A DNA stretch of 64,000 nt from Fimicolochytrium jonesii (Eukaryota). The stretch lies in the NCBI RefSeq assembly GCF_025526975.1, contig NW_026515702.1, positions 1 through 64,000 of the forward strand. The letters are read 5' to 3'. The notes under the pieces were generated by a model, which was given only the letters and a program-made list of their open reading frames with translations, was not told the DNA's origin and did no database searches. Each line of letters starts with the position of its first letter. The first letter of the stretch is position 1. Position numbers and translations under genes: made by a program. Below are positions 48,201-62,232 of this stretch, in pieces.

Positions 48201-51200
48201 ATTGAAAGGATGTATATTACAGGATCGCAAGCCTTTGACAATATTATGGCAGATGGGAGTAGTTTTCGACGAAGAAGTACAAGTTAGTGCTAACCCCTCT
48301 GGATTCCCTCTCGAAAGAGTTATGTGGGCTTGGGACCACCGTCGGCTCATTAATTAGCCGATTGTAATTGGACAATCGCCTAACTTATTTGAAGAACAGC
48401 GAAAAAAGCAAATGCACGTACCTCTAACCCCAACCGGCCATCACGACCAAGGAACGATGCGACGGGATGTCCAACCCGCTGCGAAGGGTCTAGATTTCTC
48501 TTAACCAGCGACCACATTGCCCTGCTCTTGTTCCTTCCAGAGCACCGAAGCCCGACCCAACGTGGTCAACTCCAAGGGTACTAATGGATAGCCGGAAGCG
48601 GTGAAGAAAAGTGAGAGGGAGTGCGGATGAGGGTGTTCTTTTATACTCCTGCGCTGCCTGCTTGCCTCGCGCGTTCGCTGAGCTTTCGCTGAGCTTCGCA
48701 CGCTCGTTTGCCCCTGGGCCTGGGCCCGAGAAGGGATGCAAACTCAGCCCTCGGGCCCGCCCCTGTGAGAGCATGGCCATGCTGATTCCACAAGTACAGT
48801 ATGGGGTGAGGCGTATCTAAATGAGATTGATTGATTGCCCCACACCGTTCACATATCGCTAGTCGGATGGATGAGAGCAGGACGGAAGCAGTCTATATAT
48901 CGATACAGTATATATATGCGAAGCTGGAAGTGTGGAGATCACACCCTTCAGAAACCTGCCGATCGCCAAGGAACACCGCCGCATGGATGACAGCGGATGA
49001 CGCGTGTTTCGGTGAGTTTGGGTTGCGCCCTTTCTTGAACATTCGGCAGCGAGAAACATGCCCCAATGACCCACCAATGACCCCTTTAAAGAACTGAGGA
49101 TGACACAGAATATGGATAAACACCGTTGTTTACAGCCTGGCTACGCATGCTGCATCCATCTCGCAGAGCTTGCGAACCGACCCGATTTGGAACAATGTCG
49201 AGAATGTGTGCATCCGCCGAGCAGCGTGTTGGGTCTGTCTAGCCCGTACCTGGCCTTTCATGGTGACGGCGGTTGCTGCCAGCGACGAGGAAATGGGGTC
49301 TCGACGGACAAGCTGCGGACAAGCACTTGATCATGAGGAGTTTTTTTTCATCCATTGCGACCATTGCGTTGTAACTGAAGATGGGCGGCGATCCCATCCT
49401 CTGCCGACAGCACGGTCCACGGAAGCGAATGTGAACGGCATCGCTTGCCTCTATCAGCGGCGTCCGCATCCGTTCCGCGGCGTGAGCAGCGTTCCACCCC
49501 GTATCTGCCCCGCATCCGCCGTATCGACCCCGTATCCAAGAAACGCCGGGTGATGTCGTCTTAGCCATCATGATTCCGAGTAACTTATTTGTGATGTGAT
49601 ATAAGACCGGCAACTTCTATGGCGATGGCACGCGCGGAGCTCGGCCGTTTGACGTCTCTTTCTCAGTGCCAGAGTTGGGGAAACGTTAGACGGTTGTGCG
49701 GAGGAAAGAATAAATGTACAGTACTAGCGCATAACATGAGTTCCTCAATGCCAGTCAAAAAGTAGAAATCACACTGCAGACACGGAAAGCCGCCGTCGCC
49801 GAACCATCCATGCCGATCTCCAACGTCCTCCCCGCCACTGCGACATTGCTCTTTCAAAGAGGAAGTTTCCTGCCTCCGTCAACACCCTGAGCCGTAGATT
49901 TCTCTGATTTCATTGAAGCTTAGAAGATTCCAGGACCCGAGATTGCCATCCGCATCTACAAGCCTCTCCACAATACGGTTTCAACCCCAGTCGACTAGGA
50001 CACAGGTGCATCACCTGGGATGAATCCCAGTCCACATCCAACACCCTCGCGATGAAGCCCATCTTGTTGAAAAATGTATCTAGTACATCAACAACGACCA
50101 AGACGACCCACACCAGACCATTGCTGCCGTCACTCGCTCACAATGCCCAACCACATCCGCCGAGAGAATTGGATAGAGAAAACCGATAATGAGAAACGCG
50201 GAATATACAAGTCGACTTCTCGGTTGATGCCTCCAAGTCGGCAGATCCGGAGCGATGTCGCGGATCTCGGATTTAACCAACATGCGGGGCGGATCCAGAA
50301 AACCAGGAACGCTAGCTGATGGTGTCTCCTCTCGAGTTCTGCCTTTCTACTGCAGAGGACATCGATGATCGGGGGCTCGATATGACCATTTGGGTTTGCT
50401 ACAACCCACACCGCATTGGGTTCCCATAAGCTGTTCGGCGTGTAGGACGGGGACCGAAAACCCATGCTGGACAATGTGCTCCCGATTCGATTGGCGGACG
50501 GGAACGACTACATCATGATCGACGTGTTCCCGGACCTGCTCCTGCACGCTCCCAACGCATGTGTCCGATATGACCCTTCCCCCGGCCGGCGGGCATCATA
50601 CAGGGATAGTCGTGTTTGAGTGTGCCTTATCCAGCTTCGGTGGCAGTCTCAAGTGGTTTCCAGGTTCTCTGTTGTGACAGCCATCTATATAATCTCTGAT
50701 GCATGATCCATCGAGAAAGGGTGAAAAGATCTGGTTCGCAGAACGGTTCCTTGCAACGCCCCCCCGGCCTGCCTCAGAGGCGGGGATCCCTCTTCCAAGC
50801 AGTGCATCTGACTGTTTAGCCTTCATCTCCCTTAGTCCAGCACTCGCAACCCATTCTCCGCGCCTGCTAAGACCCTCCTGTTTCCCTTCATCCTACTGCC
50901 CCAACGACCCAAACTCCGCTGGACCCACTTGTCGGTGTCATCCATCCCAACAGACCTCCCGTGCACGGTTACGGCAACGACCTGAGTGGTGTCGATGAAT
51001 CTGGCAAGGGACAACAGAGTGTGATGGACCCCCCCGACGACCAGGCGAACGAACACGGTCGTGAGACGCCTGAGGAAGAATGGAATGGAGGGGTCAGGCT
51101 AACTTTTTTAGATCTAGAGTTTGGGCGGGTTGTTGTTTTCGTGAGCACGCTGTCCGAATGCGTCAGATCACCCCGAATTTGATCCAGCGTTGGCTCGTTC

Positions 51201-51773
51201 CACTGTACAGTACAGGCACATATCTTCCCGCCCGCACAAAACAAACCATCCCGACATGCCCCCCAACCCCCCACCAGCGCTGACAGCCACGTCCAACATC
51301 CCTGGAAAAAAAAAAGAACCAATGTTACAACACGTCCCCACGACGCAGCCGTGGACGGACACGGGTTCGCGTTTCCGCACCGGTAAGTCGGTTCGGGACG
51401 CACAGACGCCGAGAGGCATACACACTGGATATCATCGTTGGGCGGTGGATGGGAGACGCGGGGGGGGGGGGGGGGGGGGGGTGAATGATTGCGTTGTGGA
51501 AGCGGTTTTTTCCCCTGTTTCTGAGGCCCAGAAATCAGAATTCCATCTCAATATTGACGTTGAGGCAATTGCTCGCAATGTATGATATCATTAGTATTTG
51601 TCTGAAATAAGAAACACATCGAGTTCGGGGGGAAGTTTAACTCTACCACGCACAGCGTCAGTGTCTATCAAGCTACTCTAAGCGAGGTGTTGTAATCAAA
51701 GTGTCTAAGGAAAACGAATGTCAGGGGTATTGTGTCGTATCAGATTCCATAGAATGAAAGTATCTACACTCCT

Positions 51774-53663
51774 CTACTGTCCATCTTTCAAGCTCCCATC
51801 CGTAGCCGCACACTCAAACTTGGCATCCAGAGTCGGCACCTTCATGTAGGGTGACTTGGTATCACCTGTTTAGTAAAGGAACAGAGGGGGAATGAGAAAT
51901 GCCGCACGACAAACCGAATAAGATGCAAACTCGAGTACTGAAATCCCATCCGGTAGTAGTCGCATCCTCAGCTCAACATGAGAACAGGGAAACTTACCGA
52001 GACATTCCGCAACCGTGACCCACTTGTACTTGTTTTTATAGTTCTGGATGAACCAAGGCGTGAGGGTCGTGACGGTAGTCTTGACAACGCTGTGGTTAAG
52101 TACGATGGTCGCGCCCTTCGCCATATCGTTTGTGAGGTATTGCTTAGACTGCTCGACAGAGGCGCCGTTGGCGTCCTCGGAGGATGAGTCCCAGTTGATG
52201 ACGTGGTAGCCGAGGTTCGACAATTGAGCCACAGCCGCCGGGTTAGTCGATCCAAACGGCGGGCGCATGTACGTAGGCGCCATGCCGAGGATCTTCATAA
52301 ACGCGTCGTCGTTGCGTCGCATCTGGTAGTTGAGCTGGTCGTGGGAGATGGTGGCGATGTCCGGGTGGGCCCAGGTGTGAGATGCGATCTGGTGGCCTGC
52401 GGCGAGGATGTTCTTGAGATCCGCGGCGTAGTCAAAGAGGCAGCCGTAGTTGTTGCCGTTGACGAAGAAGGTAGCTTTCATGCCGGCGTTCGCGAGCTCG
52501 GAGAGGAGCTGCGCGTCGTAGTCGTAGGGGCCGTCGTCGAAAGTGAGGGCGGCTTTGCCCGGCACGGTGCACTTGGTGATGATCTTGCCGTTGGGGATGG
52601 GGACGCGGGAAGGGGCAGGGTTGGATGTTGCGGTGGTCTTGGTGGTAGTCTTGGTCGCGGAGGTTGTGGTAGGCTTGGTGGGGGTGGTTGTGGTTCCCGA
52701 GAGGCAAGGGAGACCGCCCCAGCCGGCTTGACAGCCAGCACCGCAATATTCGGCAGTGGACCCACAGAACCCATATTGGGAGCAGCAGTTGCCATTGTCG
52801 CAGACAGTACCCGCAGCGGGACCACAAATGCCGTCGGTAGAGGTAGGGCGGGCGGTAGCAGAGGTCGTGGTCGTTGTCGTTGTCGGACGGACGGTAGTAG
52901 GGGGAATGGTCGGACGAGTAGTAGAGGTGCTTGTCGGACGAACGGTAGTAGGAGTGGTCGTCACAGGCGGGTTGGCACCGCAGGTACCAAAAGCAATCTG
53001 GCATCCAGCACCACAGTGTTTGGCTTCCTTTCCACACCAGCCTCCACTGCTACAACACCATCCGGACCAGCTGTTCCCGAAAACATAATGATCAATACAT
53101 GTAACGAAGGTTTTGTGGTACGCGAGGGAATGTTGTGTAGTTACCATGCGGTTCCAAACGCACTTCCACAGCGTCCATCAGTAGTGACTGGAGGCTTGGT
53201 CGGAGTGTTGGTAGGGGTAGGAGTGACGGTAGGCTTTGTGGTCGTGGGGGTCACGGCTATCAATGAAGGCAATGTCAGAATCAAGCAAACGAACGAAAGA
53301 TGCACTTGCGCCTAAAATCAACTCTCGACCGTCAAACTCACCATTGCACTTTCCAAACCCAGCCTGACAACCAGCTCCACATTGCGCATCCGTCTTGCCA
53401 CACCATCCGTTCTGGCCGCAGCACCTTCAAATTCAAAGAAAACCCATCCCATCAATCAAACAACCCCAACACATTGTTCCAAAAAAAAATGTAAGAAGAA
53501 CCCACCAATCCGGCGCCCAACACACAAGCCCGCCGTTAGCAGGTCCGCACTTCCCGTCCGTGGTCACAGGGCCACCGGGGGCAGGAGCAGGCGCGGCGTG
53601 GCTGAGACCGACGAGCGTGATGGTGAAGGCGGCCGCGCGGACCAGGTACTTTAGGGAGGACAT
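51774..53663 (-). CDS. Secreted CE4 chitin/polysaccharide deacetylase with three CBM18 chitin-binding modules, multi-exon
   Basis: Signal peptide (MSSLKYLVRAAAF), three CG..CC..G.CG....CGAGCQ modules with Thr/Pro linkers, TFDDGP, HTWAH, YMRPPFG, VLNH. Confidence 0.92.
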
Positions 53664-56414
53664 TGTTTTTCTTGGATGGGGTGGGGGTGAGGAAGACCTG
53701 TGGATGGGAGGTGGGATGTGAGAGGGAGGGTTTAGAGGGCAATCGTTGACGAGCGTGTGCGTTGCCGCTGGATTTCCCACGGGTTATGTTTGCGTCCACA
53801 TAGTGTGCCTTTTCCGACGAGGCCAAAGTCGCCCCCTTTCCCACAGCCGTCCGGTGCGGCCGTTCCACTCCACTCCCCACTCGCACGCCACTGTGGGGTA
53901 TGCAACAACTCACCTGGAATTGAGGGTTCTGGGTGATCCTTGATGGGCGACGAGGCTTCTTGATGAGAGCGTCCTTTTATCTCTCTCTCTCCCTCGCTCC
54001 CTCTCTCCCTCTCTCCCTCTTGTCCCCACCCACCGCTCGCACAAGCCGCTTTCTCTGCGCGTCCCGAATAATCTCACATATTGACCACCAAGCCCACCCG
54101 CGTGCAAGTGTAGAATTTGAGAGTGGGGAAAACCGACCGTCGATAAAATGTTGTGCAGCTGACACAGACGGTTGGCGTTATGTGACTTATGTCGCGTACA
54201 TCGCGCCCGACTTCCTGGTAGCGTCAACTGGGGTGAATTGGAGCATTTGTGGCTTCTGCCCCAGATGTGCCCCAGATTCGGGAATGGCCACAACCGATTG
54301 TGGGGGGCAGATCAATTCTTCCCCGACGTCGAAAACAGTCAAGCAGTGGGACGCAACGCTCTGTGGGCGATATGTAGTATCGAGCTATAAGGAAGGACGC
54401 TTCGGAGATGTCGAAAACACCCGCTTCATGGAGGGTGTGAGGCTCACCTAACATGCATGCAGGGTCCGCCGAAAGATCGAACATTTATTCACGTCCGACA
54501 GCGAAATGAGGAGGGGGTCGGGACTCTGGACGCGACGTCTTCACCACATCTTCCAAGGCGGATTCCCCCCAATGCGTGCGATTATTATGGTTATCTGGGA
54601 GCCGCTAGATTGCCCTGACTTGGAACCTTCCAACCCTTGGGCGAAGCTAACGTGGTATCTCAAGAAAGGACAATTGTACAGTACCAGCGGTGGGAGCGTT
54701 GCCGCGTCACTGGAAAACTGCTGGATAGAACACGTTCCGGCGGGTTAAGTCCACGAAGGAGGATATTCTTGAATCTTCGCCAGAGCTGCTCTCGTATCAT
54801 GACGATGAGTTTCGATTTCGCATCATCGATTGTGATTGTAAGCACGCCGACTTTTTCTGACCTCTGAAATATTTGGCGAGTGAGACACTCCGCCCTCAAC
54901 ACAACGCACAGAGTCTGTACAGTACGTCAAGCACGGATTAATCAAACAAATGGATTTGAGAGATACCGAAGAACGCCCCGAAGTGCATAAATGAAAAATC
55001 GGCATTCATCGAAAAAAGTTGGATGCAGTGTTGAGCAATGGGCATTAGAGCGAGATATGTGCACGTTCTCTCATGACGTCCCAGCAAAGCCGCCAGATAT
55101 ATCCGTCACCACGCTTCCGAAGAAAGCTCCATGTGGCCACTGAGCAAAACAAGCGCAGAGAATGGCTTCGCGAGAAGACTGAAATGTCGTAATTAAACAA
55201 TTAAATGTCTTGCTTCCCGCGCTCTGATAAACGCGTGACAAATGAGGATTACCTAAGGCGAGAATCCGCTTCCTCGCCCATCCTGCCCCACTCAGTTCCT
55301 CCCCACTCCTAACGGAAAGACTAAGCGACCTATGAGATCTCACAGGCCTGGGGCGGTCCTTCGCAGCCGGTGTCTTTAGAGAAAGCGCTCTGATTGGCTG
55401 GAGTGGGCGGTTGCTTACCATGAAACAACGAGCGATTTTCTTCCCTCCCTCCCTCTCCAGAACCACTCTCGCCCGTGGGAAAAAAGAGCGATCGGTGACT
55501 GGCGGATGGGAAGAATAATAGATTGTGCTGATTGATGATGAGGAGAACGAGCGACTCCCCAGGGTCCTTCTAATTGGGGTTACATGCCTTTGACTAACTA
55601 CCCCCACCCACCACTACTCCCTACTAACTACTCGTCACAACTGGTCAGTGTGGTCCTTGTCGGAGCGTCGCCTGTCGCCCAAAAGAGAGAGAGAGAGAAA
55701 GAGGGGAGGGAAAAAAGTCACACTCGCACAACTTCACACTCCACTCCACTCCAAACCTGTGCGCTGTCGATTCTTTACGCGAGAGAAAGCCCCGCTCACC
55801 CACCCACTCACTCACCCCCTCCAACAACCCACACATACCATACCCCAGACACCCACAGCTGTCGAATACTCCCTGCCCGCTGTCCAACAACCCGAAACAA
55901 AACCCCACCGGCCGGCCCTCACCCCCGCCCACAAAGTCTTTACAGTCCGGAAAGTCACCCGCGACACCAAGAACCTATTTATATACCACAAGCGTTCCCT
56001 CCGCCCCGCCGAACTCTTTTTTCTTCAGCTCTTTCCCTTGGATGGAAAAAGAAAGTGGCGCGTAGCCGATGGATGATGCGACTTGTGTGTGAATCGACAG
56101 CCCTGCCTCTAGTATACCACCACCTTTGAGGCGATATTCCTTCTTCGTTGTCGACCCGATATCCTTTTCCGATATCCCCTTATTTTTGCGCACGAACAAC
56201 GCCAGACGAAACGATAGGCCAGCTATATCCCGCATACACAGTGAAGAGCGGTGCGGTGGGATTAACGCTCAGAGACACACCATACCATCCGTTGAGTGAG
56301 GAGCTGCACGCCACGAAAGCAGCGCACGGCAAACCGTTACCCCCCCCCCCCCCCCCCCCCCCCCCCCCATTCCCAACCCCCGCCCACGGGGCTTCGATAT
56401 CCCACGACCCAACC

Positions 56415-59400
56415 ATGTCCCACCCACCCCCAGGGCCCACCACCTCGGCCCCGTCCTCCATATCGCCCGCCAACAACCCCGGCCACACCATCATCCTCTC
56501 CTTCCCGTACGCCCTCACCCACTACACCTCGCACACCCCGACCTCCGAGATCCTCCCGCAAATCATCACAAAAGTACAAGCCCTCTGCGAGAGTGTCGCG
56601 CAGGAGACCGGGTGTGTCGTCACGTTCACGAGTCCGGAGGTCGGGGGGTATAGATCCCAGCGGGATGGGCGAGACAAGGGGGCACAGGAAGGGGGGCAGA
56701 TGCCGTTCGAGGTGTTGATGAGTGTGACGGTGATGGGCCCGCCGGCGATGGCGGGGAGGGCAAGGAGGGGGATGTTGAGGGGGATCCCGACGCAGGTATG
56801 TACACCGTCGCGAGCGACCGAACGAGAGGGATAGCGGAGCGAGGGCACTGTCATACGCAGCGCGAGCAGCCGTTGGATCGCTTTGGAACGCTTCCGCGAG
56901 CGAAGCGAGCATCCGCCCATCAACACTACTACGTCGAGATCGTTCATCACCCCCAACCTCACCTTGACTCACCCCCACCTCTCTCCCCCCCAGAGCATGC
57001 TAATCATCCGCGCGCCGCACCCTTTCCTCCTTTCCACGACCTCGGAGATGCAACCGCACGTGCGGCACCGTCTGGACGCCATCATGAGCAGCACCCGGAC
57101 GCACATCACCTGCGTCGGGCGGAGTAGCAACAACACCACCGAGGACCGCGGGGGGATGAGCAAAGTGACCGTGGTGGCCGAGTCCCCGTGGGAGACGATG
57201 GATCTGGAGGTCGTGGGCCGCGCCGAGGATCTGGAGATGGCCAAGATGGAGGTGTTGGTGTATTTGGATCAGTTGGTGGGTTGGCGAACATATTCTCGAT
57301 TTCGGTTACATCATCGGAGTTGGAAAAAAAAAAGATGGACTTTGGACTAACGACCCAACGTTGATGATTGATTATTCACAGGCCGGCCTGCACATCGAAG
57401 CCCTAACCCTCCTCCCCACCCTGCACCCGCTGCTCGCGGGCCGCAACAACAAACAGATCGAACTGCTCATGCACGAGCACCAGACCAACATCTACCTCCC
57501 GACGCCGTTCGTGGGCGAGACGTGTAGCGTGGAGACGCAGGCGCAGGTGAATGCGTATGCGCGCACGGTGTGGGTGACGGGGACCGTGCAGGGGGTGACG
57601 AGGACGGTGGAGGAGGTTGTGGGTGTCGCGGGGATGCGGGTGAGTTCCCAAAAAAAAAAAAATCTCACAATCCATTCATGATGATATGATACAAGGTACT
57701 GATGATCTGGTTGAATTTTTTGCCCCCCGCCCACAGTCAAAACACCTGCAAACACATACGCTCCCCACCATCTCCCGCAAACTCGACTGGCTCCTCCTCT
57801 CCCGCACGCCCGCCCTCCTCTCCATCATGTCCGACAACGCCACCCACATCGCCCTCCCCGCGCTCGGGTCCACAGGCACCTCCGCCTCGCTGGTCGTCAC
57901 CGCCGGCGACCGCGTGTACCTCGACCGCACCTGCCGCGCGGTGATGTACCTGCTGTGCGAGTTCTACATCGCCGGGATCCAACTGACCTCCAACCCGGTG
58001 CCCGCGAACGCCAAGCCCAGCCACCCGCTCGTGAACGCGTTGAGCATGCTACCGCTGCAGACGCACTCGGAGGTGGTGCTGGCGTCCCCGTACATGGAGA
58101 TCTACGGGCTGAACCCGTTCGTCAAGTCCGCGTTCCTGGCGCTCGCTGGGCACCCCGCCATCCTCCCGTTGATCCGGGACACAAAGTTCCAGGTCGAGCT
58201 CGCGATGGAGCATAAGGATTTCATCAACGGGAAGAAGAACGGCAAGATCAACAAGATCACAAAGACATCCGGGTGTCGCGTGTCCTTCCAGGAGAACTTC
58301 AACGAGTGGAACATGCTCATCGATCTGTGTAACTCCACGCCGGGGAGATGCGTCGAGGGGTTGGGCATGCTGGAAGACGAGCTGCCGGCCGAGATCAGTT
58401 TCCACGTCCCCGAAGCGTTCCACAAGCGGATCATCGGGGTCGGGGGCAAGAACATCCAGCGGATCATGAAGAAATGGGCCGTGTACGTCAAGTTCTCGAA
58501 CGCGGAGGAGTATGCGCAACTCGGCGGGTACTTCAAGAACATGGATAACGTGATTGCGCGCACGCCGGCGAAGAACAGCGCGAATTTGGGGCATGCCAAG
58601 GCGAGCATCATGGAATTGACGGGGGAGATGAGTAAGCCGACTTTGACGGTTGCGCTTAGCATACCCCGGCAATTGCATCGGTTTGTTGTGGGGCCGCGGG
58701 CGGTGTATTTGAACGATATAACGCAGAGCACGGGGGCCGAGTTGGCGTTTCCGAGAAGGGAGAGTGGCGCGGACGAGGTGGAGGTTGTCGGGACGGAGAG
58801 TGCGGTGATTAGCGCGAGTAATCGGTTGAGGGATTTGGTACCCGGGGTGCAGTTTTTCATTGTGCCGGGCGGCCAGGCGGCGTTTTATGCGGTTACGATG
58901 CAGCCGGATGTTTCGGCGTTGGCCGCGCAGTTGTTGCATGAGCTCGGGGTGGAGATGTATGTGTATCACCCGCCGCCGCCGTCGGCGGAGAATAACCCAC
59001 AACAGCAACAGCAGCAGCAATCGTCGCCGACGAACAACGAAGGTAGCGTCGATTGCACGTTCATGCTCTATTTCCACCGGCACCATACCCCCCCGACAAG
59101 CCTCGACGCCGCCAAGGGTCTGATCACCGAGTACCTGACCACCCGCGGCGTGCCTCTGCAACAACACGTCCCGAAACAGGGTATGGGCGGCCGCACCGGG
59201 AGCTACGCCAACCTCCAACACCGGAGCTACGACTCCTTCCAGCATTTCCCCTCCAAGCTCGTCGTCGGGGTCAGCAGCGCGCCCCAGGGAGAAGCAAGCG
59301 ACGCGGCGGCGGCAGCGTTTGCCAATTTCTACCCCCCGCCGCCGCACGGGATGCACCCGGGCGGGATCGCCAACAGCAAGATGGCGCAGTCGACACCCGA

Positions 59401-61148
59401 TTTGCGACACTTGTTTGAGGATGCCGGGCCGTCCTCTTCGCCGGGGCGGATGAGCACCCTCAATGCTCCGCAGCATTTACTGAGGCGCAGCAAGAGCGGG
59501 TTACCGAACCCGGCTGACGCGCGGGATATGCTCTCGGTAACGCTCGAAGCGACGTCCATTACACCTCAACAACAACAGAACCCGGGCGCATGGCCGGTCC
59601 ACTTCGCGCGGCGGCAGGGTTTGATGTCGATCGATACCGCCAACACGGGCGCGAACGAGGATAATGATTCGGGGATGGATGATCCGGCCAAGAACGCCGA
59701 GTTGCTTAAAGGGTTCGCGGGGATGCTGAGCCCCATCGACGCGCCTGAACGTGGGAGCAGTGGCAGCAGCCACACGGGCGGGGAGCACCAGTTCCATCAT
59801 GGGCTCAAACTGAGTCGGAGTATGGGGATGTTGGATGATCGGGGCGGGAATAACAACGCGCAACCGTCCCGCGGGTCGTCGAATTTAGTCCCCGAGATAT
59901 CAGCCAGCGACCCGCCGCCGTCGTTCACGGCGCAGACGATTGAGACGTTGTTTAGCATGGAGCGGGCTCACCCGAAAGCGTTCGCGCAGACGGAGTTCCT
60001 GTTGAGCAGTCTGGAGCTGGAGAACCATTTGGCGATATTTATTGAGCAGGAAGTGGATTTCCCCACTATCTTGCTGTTGGGGGACGGGGACTTGAAGGAG
60101 CTGGGCGTGCGCGCGTTTGGGACGCGGAAACGGATTTTGGGCGCGATCAGGCAGTGCAAGGATTGGCGGGATGCGCATTTGGGCAGCGTTGGCAACGTCG
60201 GGGGATCGCAGCAGCAGCAGCAGCAACAACAACGGTCGCATCCCCAGCAGCATGCGCAACAGCATCATCAACATCAACACGAGCAGCACGGCCGCATGCC
60301 GTATCTGATACCCGGCGAATACCACTCCTATTCCGCACGGGCGTCCGTATCGGGCGCCGGCGTCACCGGCGGCTACCACCCACACGCGCACCCACACCCC
60401 GTCGTTCAACGCTCGAGCGTCGGCAGCCGCCCGCAATCGCAGCAGTCGTCCCATTCGTCGAATTCGTATCAGGACCACGAGCAGTCGAGTAATGCGTTCC
60501 AGGGACACCCCTTGGCTGGCCAGGGTGGTCCCCCGCGGAAGGGGTTTGGTGATGGCCGCAGTGCTGGTGAGTACTGAGAAGGCTTGCTTGCTTGCGCCTG
60601 CCCCCCTTTGTATATAGTAGACGTTTCTCCTTTTTTGGGTCGGGGTCGGGGTGGGATCTTAGCGTATTTGTGTTGGACCGTCTGTTTCTTCCCCCTTCTT
60701 CTTTATTTCTTCCTTTCTTGGCGACCTATTTTCTCGTTTTTGTGATTGGGTCTCCCAACAATCATCCCAACCTTTTTATCTTTCTTCTTTTCCTTCTTCT
60801 TTGCTATTGCGTAGCGTGATGAGGTTGTCGAAAGCGAGGTCTAACGAGACTCTGACCGCACCCCCTCCGCCCTCCCCTCCCTCCCCTTCAGGCCACTACA
60901 TCTACGCGCCTGGCTCTGACGGATCGACTTTGGGATTCTCACCACAACAAGCCGGGAAGCAGTCGCCGACGACGGGGGGTCGGCAACAGACGGGCGAACG
61001 CGATGGGACGCTCGTGAGCATGGCGCATACGCATCCGCATTTGGGGGGTCTCGCCAAGCGAGCCATGATATCTTCGAATTCGAATGCGGCGGCGATGCTT
61101 GATCGGCCACGGACGGCGCCCAATTCGGTCGATCCTAAGAAGCCATGA
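56415..61148 (+). CDS. Multi-KH-domain RNA-binding protein with C-terminal SAM domain (Bicaudal-C-like architecture), multi-exon
   Basis: KH loops FINGKKNGKINKI, HKRIIGVGGKNIQRI, HRFVVGPRA. SAM: LLSSLELENHLAIFIEQEVDFPTILLLGDGDLKELGVRAFGTRKRIL. Q/H-rich tail. Last exon ~60891..61148 inferred. Confidence 0.85.
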
Positions 61149-62232
61149 ACCCAGTTCTCGCTCCTCGCGCACCGATTTCCTCTCTCAAGTTCCGCGTCCC
61201 GCGTTCGGAAGACATTCAAGGCTGATTCCTGCGATAGTGATTATTTGGATGTGCTTCCGCGTTCTTTTTTGGGGTTCCCTTTTTGGAGCTTTTGGGACTG
61301 TCGTTTGGTAGATCTTACAAGTTACCCGCACTGAGTTTGGACACTGTCCTCCCCGTGGCATTTACGTGCTGTTGCCGCTTGTCTGAAGCGCATTCCTAGA
61401 GATTTTCAGTTCAGTACACATTGCATACCAATACATTTCTGACATCCACACAATGGGGCCTTACTAGACTGGAGAGTCGTCTTCAGGAGGGGTATCCGCA
61501 GAAGGAGATTGAAAAGATAGCTGTCATGCATCCTCTCGCTCCGATGTGATGTTCGCGATTGAGAATACCCATCGCAGCCCTCCCTAGCCGACTCCGAGTA
61601 TTCGACGGCGTGGGAAGACGATGGTTCCCATCTTGTCCAAGATCCCATCCATCCGTAAGACATGATCCGAGACTGATATCCCCGAATCGACAGAGTGTAT
61701 GCCGAACCCCGTGCGTCCTGCTTCCGGGTTCTTGGTTTCAAGTCCATATCGGGTATTGGCTCTCGCGAAGCCCCAATCCCTAGTTCGTTTCCTGCTCCGA
61801 GATTGCCTCATCAGCCACATGAGGCAAGGAAAATGCTCGACTTACCCTGACTCTGAGGTCCCCTCCCTTTGTTGCCTTGCAACGCTTCACCTCACTATTC
61901 CACTCACTCACTCCCTGCCACTGCCACGCAGTGAGATGAGCAGACGGTACTGTATTTGCAGGCCTTGTTATAATATATCTGTCCCCTTCCCACTTCCACG
62001 AGTCCTTTCCTAAGTCCAGTCCCCATGTCCAGGAGGGCAGGGGGCCGATGTGGCAATAGGAAGAGCGATACAAAACGCACAAGTGAGCGGCCCCCCGTGA
62101 AGTCGCCCTGTGTCGCGTCGCGTGGGGTCCTTCCTATCGCGGCAACCGCCGGCGACGGAGCGAACAACGGCATAGTGGAATCGTTCAAAGAAGGTTCTAT
62201 CCATCCATCCATCCATCCCCACTAGATCCAAC

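Noticed and set aside
48300..51600. Many short ORFs and a poly-G run near 51459-51481
   Set aside because: No consistent gene model or family motif; probably intergenic or decayed repeat.
52203..60508. Long antisense ORFs (52203..53315, 58049..59476, 59900..60508)
   Set aside because: Shadows of the GC-rich CE4 and KH genes.
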